Assembly (NCBI GenBank): GCA_964472315.1
Contig: CAYYJS010000013.1
Span: 229-64,228 of the forward strand
DNA from: an uncultured Victivallales bacterium
Lineage (GTDB): Bacteria > Verrucomicrobiota > Kiritimatiellia > UBA8416
DNA: 64,000 nucleotides
Direction: 5' to 3'
Numbering within the stretch: position 1 is the stretch's first letter; the number at the start of each line of letters is the position of its first letter. Below are positions 1 to 9,104 of the stretch, in pieces. A program made the translations under genes and the position numbers. The notes under the pieces are model-generated. The model searched no databases. It was given only the letters and a program-made list of their open reading frames with translations, and had not been told where the DNA came from.

Positions 1-2
1 TC

Positions 3-290
3 CCCGCCGATGACACCGATTTGGACAACAACCCCGCGCTGGATACCGCGACCAGGGGAAAACTCAAGTGCCAGCGCAAGCGCCTGCGCCTCCTGTTTAC
101 TGATGACCATCTCAAGCAGCTCAAGCGCGTTAAGCTCATCGATGACATACTGGCCTGTACCGAACGTGTCTTGAACCCGGCAGCCCACGGCGGCAATCCT
201 CCTCTCTACGAAAGGGAAGTCGCCGACGCCCTTAGCCTGCTCCAGCAGCTCGATAGCTCGCTCATTTGCGCTGGGAGTAGCACGGCATGA
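3..290 (+). CDS. 3' portion of an unknown protein whose 5' end lies outside the window; its stop overlaps the ATG of the downstream ABC ATPase (ATGA)
   Basis: Open frame runs from the window edge to a stop at 288-290 (…NPAAHGGNPPLYEREVADALSLLQQLDSSLICAGSSTA*). The 4-nt ATGA overlap with the next gene suggests translational coupling. No family recognised. Confidence 0.35.
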   Translation, partial: PADDTDLDNNPALDTATRGKLKCQRKRLRLLFTDDHLKQLKRVKLIDDILACTERVLNPAAHGGNPPLYEREVADALSLLQQLDSSLICAGSSTA

Positions 291-2599
291 TCACTCGCAT
301 TCTCGAGATTCGCGGCGTCGGATCGCTGAAGAACGTGCGTCCCGACAAGGGGCATGAGTGCTCTTTTGCCCGTCATACGGTTGTGTACGCTCCGAACGCG
401 ACGGGGAAGACCACCCTTGCTGCCGTTTTGAAGGCGTATGGCTTCGATGATCCTGTTCTGATCGGTTCACGCACGACACTCTCAGGGGGAGCGACACCTT
501 TTGCCATCATCGAACTCGACGGCAGGGCGCGCCGCTTCCAGAACGGATCTTGGTATGGGCGCCAGGATGCGGAGTATCCATTCGCAGTGTTCGACCATGC
601 ATTCATCGAAGACAACGTCTTCGCCAGCGAGGTTACGCCAGACCATTTGAAGTCGATCCATCGCATTGTCATCGGGACAACCGGCAAGGCGCTCAACGAT
701 ACCCTTGAGCGATGTAAGCAGGCCGAAAAGGAGGTCCGTCGCGACTTTCAGGCACTTCAGAAGGACCTGGGCAACCTTCAAACGACCACAGGGCGGCAAG
801 ACTATCTTGACCTGCCTCGATCACTCACACGCACCGACGCCGAAGCACGCACAAATGAGTACGCGGGACGGTTGAAAGCGTTGAAGGATGTCGCCGCTGT
901 CGCGACTTTGGCGGTGCCCTCGCTGCAACCGCTGCGGCTCGGGGATTTCGCCGCCTTGAGAAGGGTGGCAACCGCCAGCGTGGCGGTTGTGCATGCCGAT
1001 GCAAAAGAGCGGGTGAAACAGCGCATACAGACGGTGCTCAGGGCAGATCGGGAAGCCGAATCCTTCCTCAACATCGGCCATAGGTTGCGCCCTCCTGACG
1101 GTCAGTGCCCATTCTGCGGTCAGAATACGAAGCCGGTCGTGCGTCTTCTCGACGACTATGAGAAGTGCTTCGACAAATCGTTCGCGGAACTGAAGGACAA
1201 TGTCACTGAGCGGGTAAAGAGGTTCGCGGAATGGTCCCCGGCGAAGGACCTGCAGGCATGGATGGCGACGGCAGCGAACGCTGCAACCCTGCGTGAAAAA
1301 TGGGTCGGGCTGATATCAGACCTACCACCGCTGCCGGACGTGGGTGCTTTCATCGAAGAAGCGGCGGCGACGGCGGTTGCTCATCACGCCAAGGCGCGCG
1401 AGGAGTTGGAGAAGAAGACGCTATCGCTGGATGCGAAACCGGATTTGGCTCATCTCGACGATCTGGAGGGTCTGCTTCGGCGTGTCAGGGCAGAGACGGA
1501 ACGATGTGTGCAAGCGTGCGAGCAAATCGGAGCACGGATCGCGGAATTCCGTCAGAAGTTGAAGCAAAGCAATGCTGAAGATACGGAACGTGAGTTGGCT
1601 CGCCGCCGAGCAATCGTTGAGGGATTGAGCCCGCCCGCGGACATCTGGCGAAAGCGATTTCGGGAAGCGGAAGCTCTTCTGACTGCAAGGGAGAAAGAGA
1701 GAGAGTCGGCGGAAAAGGTTCTGGAAGCCTACTGTCGCGAAACCTATGCGGAATTCCAGAACGGAGTAAACCACTTCCTAAGTGGTTTCGATCTCCGGCT
1801 TACTGTAAGCGGCCTTGAGCCCCGCTCAACGAAGCAGAGCAACCAGGTTCTTGCGGATATTTCGTTCGGCGTGGATGGTTGCGCAGTTTCGGCGTCCAAA
1901 CGGCAAAGCAACGATCCGTGCTTCAAGAACACCCTGAGCGAAGGAGAGAAAAGCGCCCTTGCCTTTGCGTTTTTCCTCGCGGACCTGCGACGGAGGGACG
2001 ACCTTTCCAACGCCATTGTCATTCTCGACGATCCTCTGTCGAGTTTCGATGACGGGCGCAGAGAGGAGACAGCCAATATTCTCGCCCGTCTGTCGGAGAA
2101 GTGCCGGCAAGTGATCGTGCTCACGCACAGGACCGATTTTGTCGTCCGGCTATTTGAGCAGCCATCGTTTGACGGCAGGTTTCTGCGGCTTGCCGCAGAC
2201 GCGGCGCAGGGTGTCCGGATCGAACCACTGGACGTTAAGGATCTGCAGCAACAGCCCCATGAGAAGAACGTCCGAGCTCTTGTCAGCTTCGCCGAGACTG
2301 GCGTACCACCCGCCCGCGACAACCTCCCTCGCCTGGTCCGCTGCGTTCTCGAATTCGCGCTGGCGGCCAAGTACCTCGTCCGACTTCATAGGGGCGAGCG
2401 TGACTTGACAGCAATGCACAATCGGCTGCGGGCAGATGGCTTGCTCGGCCAGGAAGTCGATGCGGAACTGACGTATCTCAACAGCCGATCACAAGAGGGT
2501 CTCCATGCCGCAACAAGCCACGACCCAACGCATGCCCTTTCAGACACTGAATACCGGCGACTTGCCAAGCGTACACTCGATCTCCTCGAAAAGATCTGA
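287..2599 (+). CDS. RloC/PrrC-like (AAA_13-type) ABC ATPase with a Rad50-like zinc hook; probable defence ATPase, possibly anticodon-nuclease-like
   Basis: 770 aa. The N-terminus carries a Walker A motif (YAPNATGKTT). The central region is a long coiled coil with CPFCGQ (a CxxC zinc hook). The C-terminal half has an ABC signature-like LSEGEKSALAFAFFLA and a Walker B/D-loop IVILDDPLSSFDD, followed by a ~200 aa extra domain. This architecture matches RloC-type proteins. Confidence 0.6.
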   Translation: MITRILEIRGVGSLKNVRPDKGHECSFARHTVVYAPNATGKTTLAAVLKAYGFDDPVLIGSRTTLSGGATPFAIIELDGRARRFQNGSWYGRQDAEYPFAVFDHAFIEDNVFASEVTPDHLKSIHRIVIGTTGKALNDTLERCKQAEKEVRRDFQALQKDLGNLQTTTGRQDYLDLPRSLTRTDAEARTNEYAGRLKALKDVAAVATLAVPSLQPLRLGDFAALRRVATASVAVVHADAKERVKQRIQTVLRADREAESFLNIGHRLRPPDGQCPFCGQNTKPVVRLLDDYEKCFDKSFAELKDNVTERVKRFAEWSPAKDLQAWMATAANAATLREKWVGLISDLPPLPDVGAFIEEAAATAVAHHAKAREELEKKTLSLDAKPDLAHLDDLEGLLRRVRAETERCVQACEQIGARIAEFRQKLKQSNAEDTERELARRRAIVEGLSPPADIWRKRFREAEALLTAREKERESAEKVLEAYCRETYAEFQNGVNHFLSGFDLRLTVSGLEPRSTKQSNQVLADISFGVDGCAVSASKRQSNDPCFKNTLSEGEKSALAFAFFLADLRRRDDLSNAIVILDDPLSSFDDGRREETANILARLSEKCRQVIVLTHRTDFVVRLFEQPSFDGRFLRLAADAAQGVRIEPLDVKDLQQQPHEKNVRALVSFAETGVPPARDNLPRLVRCVLEFALAAKYLVRLHRGERDLTAMHNRLRADGLLGQEVDAELTYLNSRSQEGLHAATSHDPTHALSDTEYRRLAKRTLDLLEKI

Positions 2600-2662
2600 A
2601 CCATGACACAACAAAATCGCCAGCTAACCGGCCGAATCCGATGCTGAAAGGATGAGAGCCCA

Positions 2663-2854
2663 ATGGACGTCAACAAACTGATGCTCAGCCGGATATTCGA
2701 CAGCACCGAGCGGCTCGATGCACCGCTTTTCCAGCGACCCTACGTGTGGAGCGAGAACCGAAACTGGGACCCGTTGTGGGAAGCGATTGAGTCGCTGGCG
2801 CAGAAACGCGTCGCCGGCAATCTGGGGGTGTCTGGGAGTCACGCGGAGGGTTGA
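2663..2854 (+). pseudogene. Truncated DUF262 (GmrSD N-terminal, ParB-like) fragment
   Basis: The 63-aa ORF contains the DUF262 hallmark LFQRPYVW, paralogous to the N-terminus of the full GmrSD gene at 3236 (LFQRSYSW). It has no DGQQR motif or downstream domains and looks like a remnant. Confidence 0.5.
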
Positions 2855-3040
2855 TGGGAATTCATGTCACAGCTCGGTTGGCCTGGCACAATGACGGGTG
2901 GAACGGGCGGGTTTGCCATGACCCGCCGGGCAACACGTAATGCGTAGGCTGCTACTCATACCCAGGGCTGATGATCGCCGAGCGGCGGGACCTGGCGAAG
3001 GAGACGGCGGCGGCCGGGGTGTCTATGGCGGAACTGGACT

Positions 3041-3089
3041 TCGTGCCGCCCTGCATCCCGCTGGGGTGAATGCAACGCCGGGGCCTGTC
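3041..3089. repeat. 49-bp direct repeat, copy 1 (pairs with 7808-7856; one mismatch)
   Basis: tcgtgccgccctgcatcccgctggggtgaatgcaacgccggggcc[t/c]gtc is present at both positions. The two copies fall in different reading frames, so the repeat is not conserved as coding sequence. Confidence 0.8.
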
Positions 3090-3235
3090 TCTTGCGGCAG
3101 CACGGGCGGCCGTTCTCGCGAAGGGATCTTCCCGGAGGCCGAATCTGTGGTACGGAGGCGATTTGTCGATCGGGGATTACGTGAAGATCCGAGCAGGAAG
3201 AGACTTAGTAGTCGAGAGAGGAACCGAGTAGCGAT

Positions 3236-5878
3236 ATGGACGCGAGAGCAAGAACAGTAAGCGAGATTCTGCACGAAGCGGCGCAGTACATGGTGCCACT
3301 TTTCCAGCGGTCGTACTCCTGGCACAAGGCGCACTGGCAGCGACTGAACGACGACGTGATCGCGCTGGCCGACGACCCTGAGCGCCAGGTTCATTTTCTG
3401 GGACCGCTGGTCTGCACGATCGGTAAGAGCGTGCCCGGATGCCTGCCGGCGTACCAGTTGATCGACGGACAGCAGCGGCTGACGACGCTGACGGTTGCCC
3501 TGGCGGCTATCCGCGACGTGGCACGCGACCGCGGCCTGACTGAACTCGCCGAGGAGATCACCGAGGACTACCTGGTCCACAAACGCAAACAGGACCTTGA
3601 GCGATTCAAAGTGCTGCCCAGGATCGGGGATCGGGACGCGCTGAAGGCGATCATCGAAAATAGCAACCTGGCTCCGTTCGGCCATCTGAGGCTTGTTCAC
3701 GCCTGGCGGTTCTTCCGTCGCCAGTTTTTACACCGCGCGCGGCGGAATCCGCGCGCCGAGCTCCAGAACCTGTTCGACACGATAACGCGGCGGCTGTCGC
3801 TCGTCGTCATTACGATCGACGGGGAGAACCCCTACGAGATCTTCGAGAGCCTGAATGCCACGGGGCTGCCGTTGGCCGAGTCCGATCTCATCCGCAACCA
3901 TGTCTTCATGCAGATTCCCGTTGCCGAGCAGGATGCCTTCGACCGCTCGTACTGGCAGCCGCTGGAGTGGCACTTCATGTCGTGGGGCGATGACCGCCCG
4001 GCGGTGATGACTGACTTCTACCGCGAATACCTGATGCGGGATGGGCGCTATTCGCGTGAGAAGAGCACGTTCGTCGGCTTCAAGCAGCAGCAGAAAGACC
4101 GCGGCCTCAACGCCAGGCAGCAGGCGGAGGAACTCCAACACTACGCCCCGCTGGCAGTGCAGATTCGCAGGCCGGAGACGTGTGCGTCTCCCGTGATCAG
4201 TCGTCGCCTCTCCGAGGTTTCGATGATGGACATCGGGACAGCCCAGGCTTTCGTGATGCACCTACTGGACCGCCATAGCCGCAGTCAACTGAGCGAGCAG
4301 GATCTTTCGACGTGCCTGTGCGATCTGGTGTCGTTCGTCCTGCGGCGCACTGTCTACGGTGACTCCACCCGTGCATACGGCCGGTGGTTCATTGAGGCCA
4401 TCGCCGTGGCCGGCGACACTCCTGTTTCGAACCTGCGACGCTACTGGATGGAACGGGGCTGGCCCGATGATACGGCCTTCACGCATGCCTTGGGAGAGTT
4501 CCAGATCTATAAACGCGAACCCCGCAAGGCCCGTATGGTGCTGGAGGCATTGGAGCTTGCATCCCAGCATAAGGAACAGGTGCCGCTGGAGTCCCTCACC
4601 ATCGAACACGTAATGCCGCAAACCGTCACGGATGACGAGGCGGGAAAGGCGTGGAAGACGGCGTTGGGCGAAAGCTGGGATGATCTCCACGAACGGTACT
4701 TGCATGCACTTGGCAACCTGACGCTGACGGGCTACAACCCAGAGCTTGGCAAGATGGCTTTCCGGAACAAGCAGGAGGTTTACCGCGATAGTCATGTCGG
4801 ATTGAACCAGCGCTTCCGCGACCTGACCACATGGGATTCGGAGTCCATCCGGAATCGGACTACCGCCCTGGCCGCCCAGTTGTGCCGGATCTGGCCGCGA
4901 CCGGATTCTGGCATTCCCTATTCCGCGAGCCAGGATGATTTGACGGGGCAGCAGGCATCTCCAGCTCGCAAGCGGAATCTCGAATACTGGGGGGCACTCC
5001 TGAAACAATGGCCCGAACGGCTGGGCACGCCACCCGCGCCCTCGAATTCAGCCGAACTGGTCATCCCGCTGGATAAGGAGAAGGGCGTTTCCGTCAGCCT
5101 GTGGCAATTCCGACGGGAGCGGAAGGTGGTTGTCTATGTCCGTTTCGAGGGTCGGCTCGGGCGGCGCATCTACGGGCGGCTGCACGAGATCGCGAAGGAG
5201 ATTGACGACAGAATCGAGGGCGAGCTTGTCTGGGATTGGCCCGTCAGGAGCAGTTTCGCGGTCTGCGAGGACGACGTGGACTTTTCGGACCGGAACGACT
5301 GGGAAATTCAGCACGCCTGGTTCATCGAGGAGCTGTCCGATATTATCGAAGCGCTCACCTCCGAAATCGAACAGGTGGCCGAGGCTGAAGAAGGCGATGG
5401 CGGGGCAGATATTCCGGATGAAGCGACCGCGGAACGGCAGCGACTGCGATACCAGTTCTGGACCGGGCTTCTCGGCTATGCGGCGACGAAGACAGACCTT
5501 CACGCCACCCGAAAACCGGGCAAGTTCAACTGGATCGGCGGAGGCATTGGCCGTAGGGGGTTCGGCCTCAACTACAGTGTCCGTGAGTACGAATCGCAGG
5601 TTGAACTCTACATTGACCTGGGCAAGGGGTGCGAGGGGGAGAATGAGCGTGCGTTTGGCGCGCTTAAGAAGGAGCAGACGGTCGCGGAAGCGGTCTTTGG
5701 CGGTCCGTTGGACTGGCAGGATCTGCGAGACAGCCGTGCCTGCCGAATCTGCAAAGTGATCCCGGGCGGTTGGAGATCGGCGCCGGAAACGTGGAGTGAG
5801 ACGCATGCGACCATGGTCGATGCGATGATTCGCCTGGATCGGGCGCTTCGGCCCTATGTGCAGGGCATGCGCCTGTAA
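3236..5878 (+). CDS. GmrSD-family type IV (modification-dependent) restriction endonuclease: DUF262 + DUF1524 with a C-terminal extension
   Basis: 880 aa. The N-terminus has LFQRSYSW and LIDGQQRLTTL (DUF262, ParB/Srx fold). The mid-to-C-terminal region has LTIEHVMPQ and a His-Me finger-like region (DUF1524). The C-terminal ~300 aa resemble a DUF4268-like tail. Confidence 0.75.
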   Translation: MDARARTVSEILHEAAQYMVPLFQRSYSWHKAHWQRLNDDVIALADDPERQVHFLGPLVCTIGKSVPGCLPAYQLIDGQQRLTTLTVALAAIRDVARDRGLTELAEEITEDYLVHKRKQDLERFKVLPRIGDRDALKAIIENSNLAPFGHLRLVHAWRFFRRQFLHRARRNPRAELQNLFDTITRRLSLVVITIDGENPYEIFESLNATGLPLAESDLIRNHVFMQIPVAEQDAFDRSYWQPLEWHFMSWGDDRPAVMTDFYREYLMRDGRYSREKSTFVGFKQQQKDRGLNARQQAEELQHYAPLAVQIRRPETCASPVISRRLSEVSMMDIGTAQAFVMHLLDRHSRSQLSEQDLSTCLCDLVSFVLRRTVYGDSTRAYGRWFIEAIAVAGDTPVSNLRRYWMERGWPDDTAFTHALGEFQIYKREPRKARMVLEALELASQHKEQVPLESLTIEHVMPQTVTDDEAGKAWKTALGESWDDLHERYLHALGNLTLTGYNPELGKMAFRNKQEVYRDSHVGLNQRFRDLTTWDSESIRNRTTALAAQLCRIWPRPDSGIPYSASQDDLTGQQASPARKRNLEYWGALLKQWPERLGTPPAPSNSAELVIPLDKEKGVSVSLWQFRRERKVVVYVRFEGRLGRRIYGRLHEIAKEIDDRIEGELVWDWPVRSSFAVCEDDVDFSDRNDWEIQHAWFIEELSDIIEALTSEIEQVAEAEEGDGGADIPDEATAERQRLRYQFWTGLLGYAATKTDLHATRKPGKFNWIGGGIGRRGFGLNYSVREYESQVELYIDLGKGCEGENERAFGALKKEQTVAEAVFGGPLDWQDLRDSRACRICKVIPGGWRSAPETWSETHATMVDAMIRLDRALRPYVQGMRL

Positions 5879-6123
5879 TGTTCTCAGCCGCCATCTGCAA
5901 GAAGGGAAGTGCGCCGCCGGGGCATGTCCCTTGTCTGGCCCCAACGTCGTCGTGGAAAGAAGGGACAGGCCACGTGAGCGGGCGCGGGGCGTGCCGGGGG
6001 ATCCACGGGCGTCAAGGGCCATCAGGGCATGGTTTCGCCTATGGGTTGCGAACGGTGGTGATGCAAGGCGTTGATGAGCAGGATATTGCGGGGGCATCGG
6101 GGGGCATCGGGGTCAGCAGAATC

Positions 6124-6163
6124 GAGTATTGATGAAGTGGTTGACGCTGTCCGGCGTCATGGG
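6124..6163. repeat. 40-bp direct repeat, copy 1 (pairs with 19839-19878; 2 mismatches), with an internal 6-bp inverted repeat tgacgc-N6-gcgtca
   Basis: gagtattgat[g/a]aagtggtt[g/a]acgctgtccggcgtcatggg occurs at both sites. Weaker similarity extends about 25 bp upstream (…catcgg[g/a]gtca…). Confidence 0.75.
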
Positions 6164-6489
6164 GGTTCCACTCCACATGGACTCTGAGGATATTGATTGT
6201 CTATGGGGACAGTAAGCGGTCATGGAGGCGGCCAGGCCCCCGCAATCGAGGCCTGGATCCAGAAACACGGATGGCACGATACACTGCGAAGCCGCCTGAC
6301 CAAGGTCGGCTTTACGCCGCCTGAGTGTCAAAGGTTTCGCAACGCGCATCACGCGCCGGATGATGAATCAACCCACTTGCGTGAGAAGACGGAATGAGCG
6401 AAGCGAAGCACACGGTGGCACAGCATCTTTGACGCCGAACTTCCCGAGCGCAGGACAACGAAGGCCGTGCTGTCGAGACAATTGCACTC

Positions 6490-7836
6490 ATGGCCTACGG
6501 GTCGATCGTTTCCGTGCCCGGGCGGGAGATCGCCGACGCCGTCGACAGAGTCGTTGATAGGGATACGCCCTTCCCGGTCGAGTACGCCCGAAGCAGCAAA
6601 CGTCGAACCTGGGCTCCAACAGTCGTCGAGGTACCCGAGGGCTACGGCTCCCCAGTCAAAGCCAAGGTGTTTGTCCTCAAGGAGCACGTGACGGAGCAGC
6701 AGGCCCTCGACATGCTCTACAGGCGGGAGATCAACATGGTGGGCGATGCGACCGTGACTTACGACGATGCCCGGCAGAGGAAGAAACGGGACGGTGTCGT
6801 AATTGACAGCCGCAAGGGGTTGGGGGTTGGCAACGTCCTGTACACGACACTCCGGGCCAATATGCCGGAGATCCTCGACAACAGAATTTCCATCGAAGAC
6901 AAGGGACGCCTGTTGGCCGACAAAGCTCGCGCGAGCCTGACTGAAGAGGAATACCGCAGACGGCGGGACGGCATTCAGTATCTTGCAGATAACATCGACC
7001 AAGGAATCATTACTCCTCTGACCACCCCGTACTGTCAGGCAATCCTGTCTGCCATCCCCGGGTCTGGCAATCTGCGGTCAGCGAGGCTGAGGCTGGCGTC
7101 TGAGAGGCTGGGAGTCCGTATTGTCGCCGGCGTCGACGGCTGCAAGGCTGGCTGGTTCGCAGTCTGGGGCGACGGCGCCGAGAACTGGACGTTCGGCGTG
7201 TTTTCAGACTTCGCATCCCTTTGGCAGGAGCTCGCCTACGCCGACCTCATCGTTGTCGATATCCCGATCGGGCTGCCCTCCGATAGCCCCCGAACTTGCG
7301 ATCTGGTGGCGAGGAAGCTCCTGAGAAGGCCTCGGCACTCCAGCGTCTTCCCGGTGCCATGCAGGCAGGCCGTACACGCCTCTTCCGAGGACGAAGCCAA
7401 GGCCGCGAACAAGCGGATCATGGGCAAGAGCATTAGCAGGCAGTGCTTGGGAATCTGCAGCAAGATCGCCGAGGTCGATCGTTTGTTGCTGTCGGACACG
7501 GAGGCACGACAAACCATCAGGGAGGGGCATCCTGAGGTCTCCTTTTATGCCTTTGCAGGTAGTAGACCCATGGAGCACAAGAAATCGATTGCCGAGGGCG
7601 TTGGGGAAAGATTGGCAGTACTGCGTGAGAGATGGTCGAGCATTGACGACCTGTTCAAGAAGGCATCGAAGGAGTGTCGCCGCGGGCATATGGAAAATGA
7701 CGACGTCTTGGACGCGGCGGCCATGTACCTGACGGCGGCGGCGGAAGAGTCCAGGGCGATCCCAACAAAGCGGGAGAGGGATTCGGAGGGGCTGGCGATG
7801 GAAATGGTCGTGCCGCCCTGCATCCCGCTGGGGTGA
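6490..7836 (+). CDS. DUF429 (RNase H-like fold) domain protein with a ~200-aa uncharacterised N-terminal domain
   Basis: 448 aa. The C-terminal half has VAGVDGCKAGWFAVW…LIVVDIPIGLP…CDLVARKLL, typical of DUF429. I do not recognise the N-terminal half. The last codons overlap 49-bp repeat copy 2. Confidence 0.55.
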   Translation: MAYGSIVSVPGREIADAVDRVVDRDTPFPVEYARSSKRRTWAPTVVEVPEGYGSPVKAKVFVLKEHVTEQQALDMLYRREINMVGDATVTYDDARQRKKRDGVVIDSRKGLGVGNVLYTTLRANMPEILDNRISIEDKGRLLADKARASLTEEEYRRRRDGIQYLADNIDQGIITPLTTPYCQAILSAIPGSGNLRSARLRLASERLGVRIVAGVDGCKAGWFAVWGDGAENWTFGVFSDFASLWQELAYADLIVVDIPIGLPSDSPRTCDLVARKLLRRPRHSSVFPVPCRQAVHASSEDEAKAANKRIMGKSISRQCLGICSKIAEVDRLLLSDTEARQTIREGHPEVSFYAFAGSRPMEHKKSIAEGVGERLAVLRERWSSIDDLFKKASKECRRGHMENDDVLDAAAMYLTAAAEESRAIPTKRERDSEGLAMEMVVPPCIPLG

Positions 7837-7856
7837 ATGCAACGCCGGGGCCCGTC
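7808..7856. repeat. 49-bp direct repeat, copy 2
   Basis: See copy 1 at 3041-3089. Confidence 0.8.
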
Positions 7857-7871
7857 CCCCCCGCGCTAGGT

Positions 7872-7913
7872 AGTTGACAACAGTTGACAACTGTCGCTTC
7901 GGTTCGCTAACAT
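7872..7913 (+). promoter_or_regulatory. Candidate sigma70-type promoter with operator for the XRE/ImmA operon
   Basis: A tandem 10-bp repeat agttgacaac agttgacaac supplies two TTGACA boxes (7874-7879 and 7884-7889). A perfect palindrome acagttg-a-caactgt lies at 7880-7894. An 18-nt spacer leads to TAACAT (7908-7913), about 55 nt upstream of the XRE gene start. Confidence 0.4.
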
Positions 7914-7967
7914 ACCAACATCAATGACAGAAGCGGGATCACTCCCGCGAAACGGGTGTGGGTGCGT

Positions 7968-9104
7968 ATGATCAAGTCTCTCAATCTTCCAGCTATCACT
8001 GACACGTTGCCACGTGTCGGCCTGAGTGCGGCTGATCTCGCCAGAGAACTCGGCGTCAGCCGGGAAGCAGTCTCGAAGTGGCTCAACGGGAAGTCCACGC
8101 CAAAGCCGGACAAACTGCTCCGGTTAGGCATGCTGCTCGGACTTTCGTTCGACGAATTGACGATACCGGAAGTCAAATCGGCCGTCCCCATTGTGTCATT
8201 CCGGCGTAAGGGTGGGCGCATCACCCGAGACCGTCATCTCGACAAGGCCCGAGATACCGGGGAACTCTTGAGACGTCTGGTGCGGCACCTACCGGAACAG
8301 GGCTTGGCGGCGCCTCCCGTCCTTAGAGATCCTCGGTGCGACTACGACTATGTCCAGAAAGCGGCGGCTGAAACACGACACGAAATGGGCATAAAAGACG
8401 CTGACATGATCGAATACGCCCAACTTATTCAGAAATTCGGTCGGCTCCATGCCATCATTGTCCCTGTACTATGGGGGGAGCGACAGTACCATGGCAACGC
8501 ACTCAACATTCACCTTCCTGATTGCGGGATCACATGGATCTACCTCAACCTGGACAGCAATGCGATCGACTTCAAATTCTGGATGGCGCACGAACTCGGC
8601 CACGCACTTGCCCCGAAGCTAAGCGGGGAAGAGGGCGAGGATTTCGCCGACATGTTTGCGCAGGCACTCCTGTACCCGGAGGCCGTTGCCGCGGAACTAC
8701 GCACTCAACTGGCACGCCGAACGAATGTCGGCCAGCGCATCAATGCTGTCAAGAGCACCGCAAGAGAGCGCCGTATTTCACCAGTCACAATCCGGTACGC
8801 GATCAAGGCCTACGAGGCAGCCCGAGGCCTGGCCCCCCTGGAGTTGGGAGCCGAGGCGTCTTTCATGGGTGCCGCGAGGAACGTCTCCAAGGAGTACGAA
8901 ACGGTAACCGAAACGCTGTTCACGGAGAATCCGCCATCGCCAGCAGACTATGCGGCCATTGGGCGGCGAACCTTCGATAGCCAGTTTTTTGAATCACTGG
9001 CTGCCTATTGCCGCAACGAGGACGGAGCGGAGCATTTCATCCACAGCGTTCTTGACCTGCCGTTAGCCGACGCAAAAGCCCTTGCGGCGGAGCTCGCAAG
9101 ATGA
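7968..9104 (+). CDS. XRE-family HTH fused to an ImmA/IrrE-family (COG2856) zinc metallopeptidase
   Basis: N-terminal HTH (LSAADLARELGVSREAVSKWLNGKSTP). C-terminal HEXXH motif (FWMAHELGHAL). The first ATG in frame is at 7968 (MIKSLNL); the ORF could also start at GTG 7956. Confidence 0.7.
   Translation: MIKSLNLPAITDTLPRVGLSAADLARELGVSREAVSKWLNGKSTPKPDKLLRLGMLLGLSFDELTIPEVKSAVPIVSFRRKGGRITRDRHLDKARDTGELLRRLVRHLPEQGLAAPPVLRDPRCDYDYVQKAAAETRHEMGIKDADMIEYAQLIQKFGRLHAIIVPVLWGERQYHGNALNIHLPDCGITWIYLNLDSNAIDFKFWMAHELGHALAPKLSGEEGEDFADMFAQALLYPEAVAAELRTQLARRTNVGQRINAVKSTARERRISPVTIRYAIKAYEAARGLAPLELGAEASFMGAARNVSKEYETVTETLFTENPPSPADYAAIGRRTFDSQFFESLAAYCRNEDGAEHFIHSVLDLPLADAKALAAELAR

Noticed and set aside
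6095-6123. Short tandem gggcatcgggg repeat x2
   Set aside because: Too short and simple. It is probably part of the extended similarity region of the 40-bp repeat rather than an independent feature.
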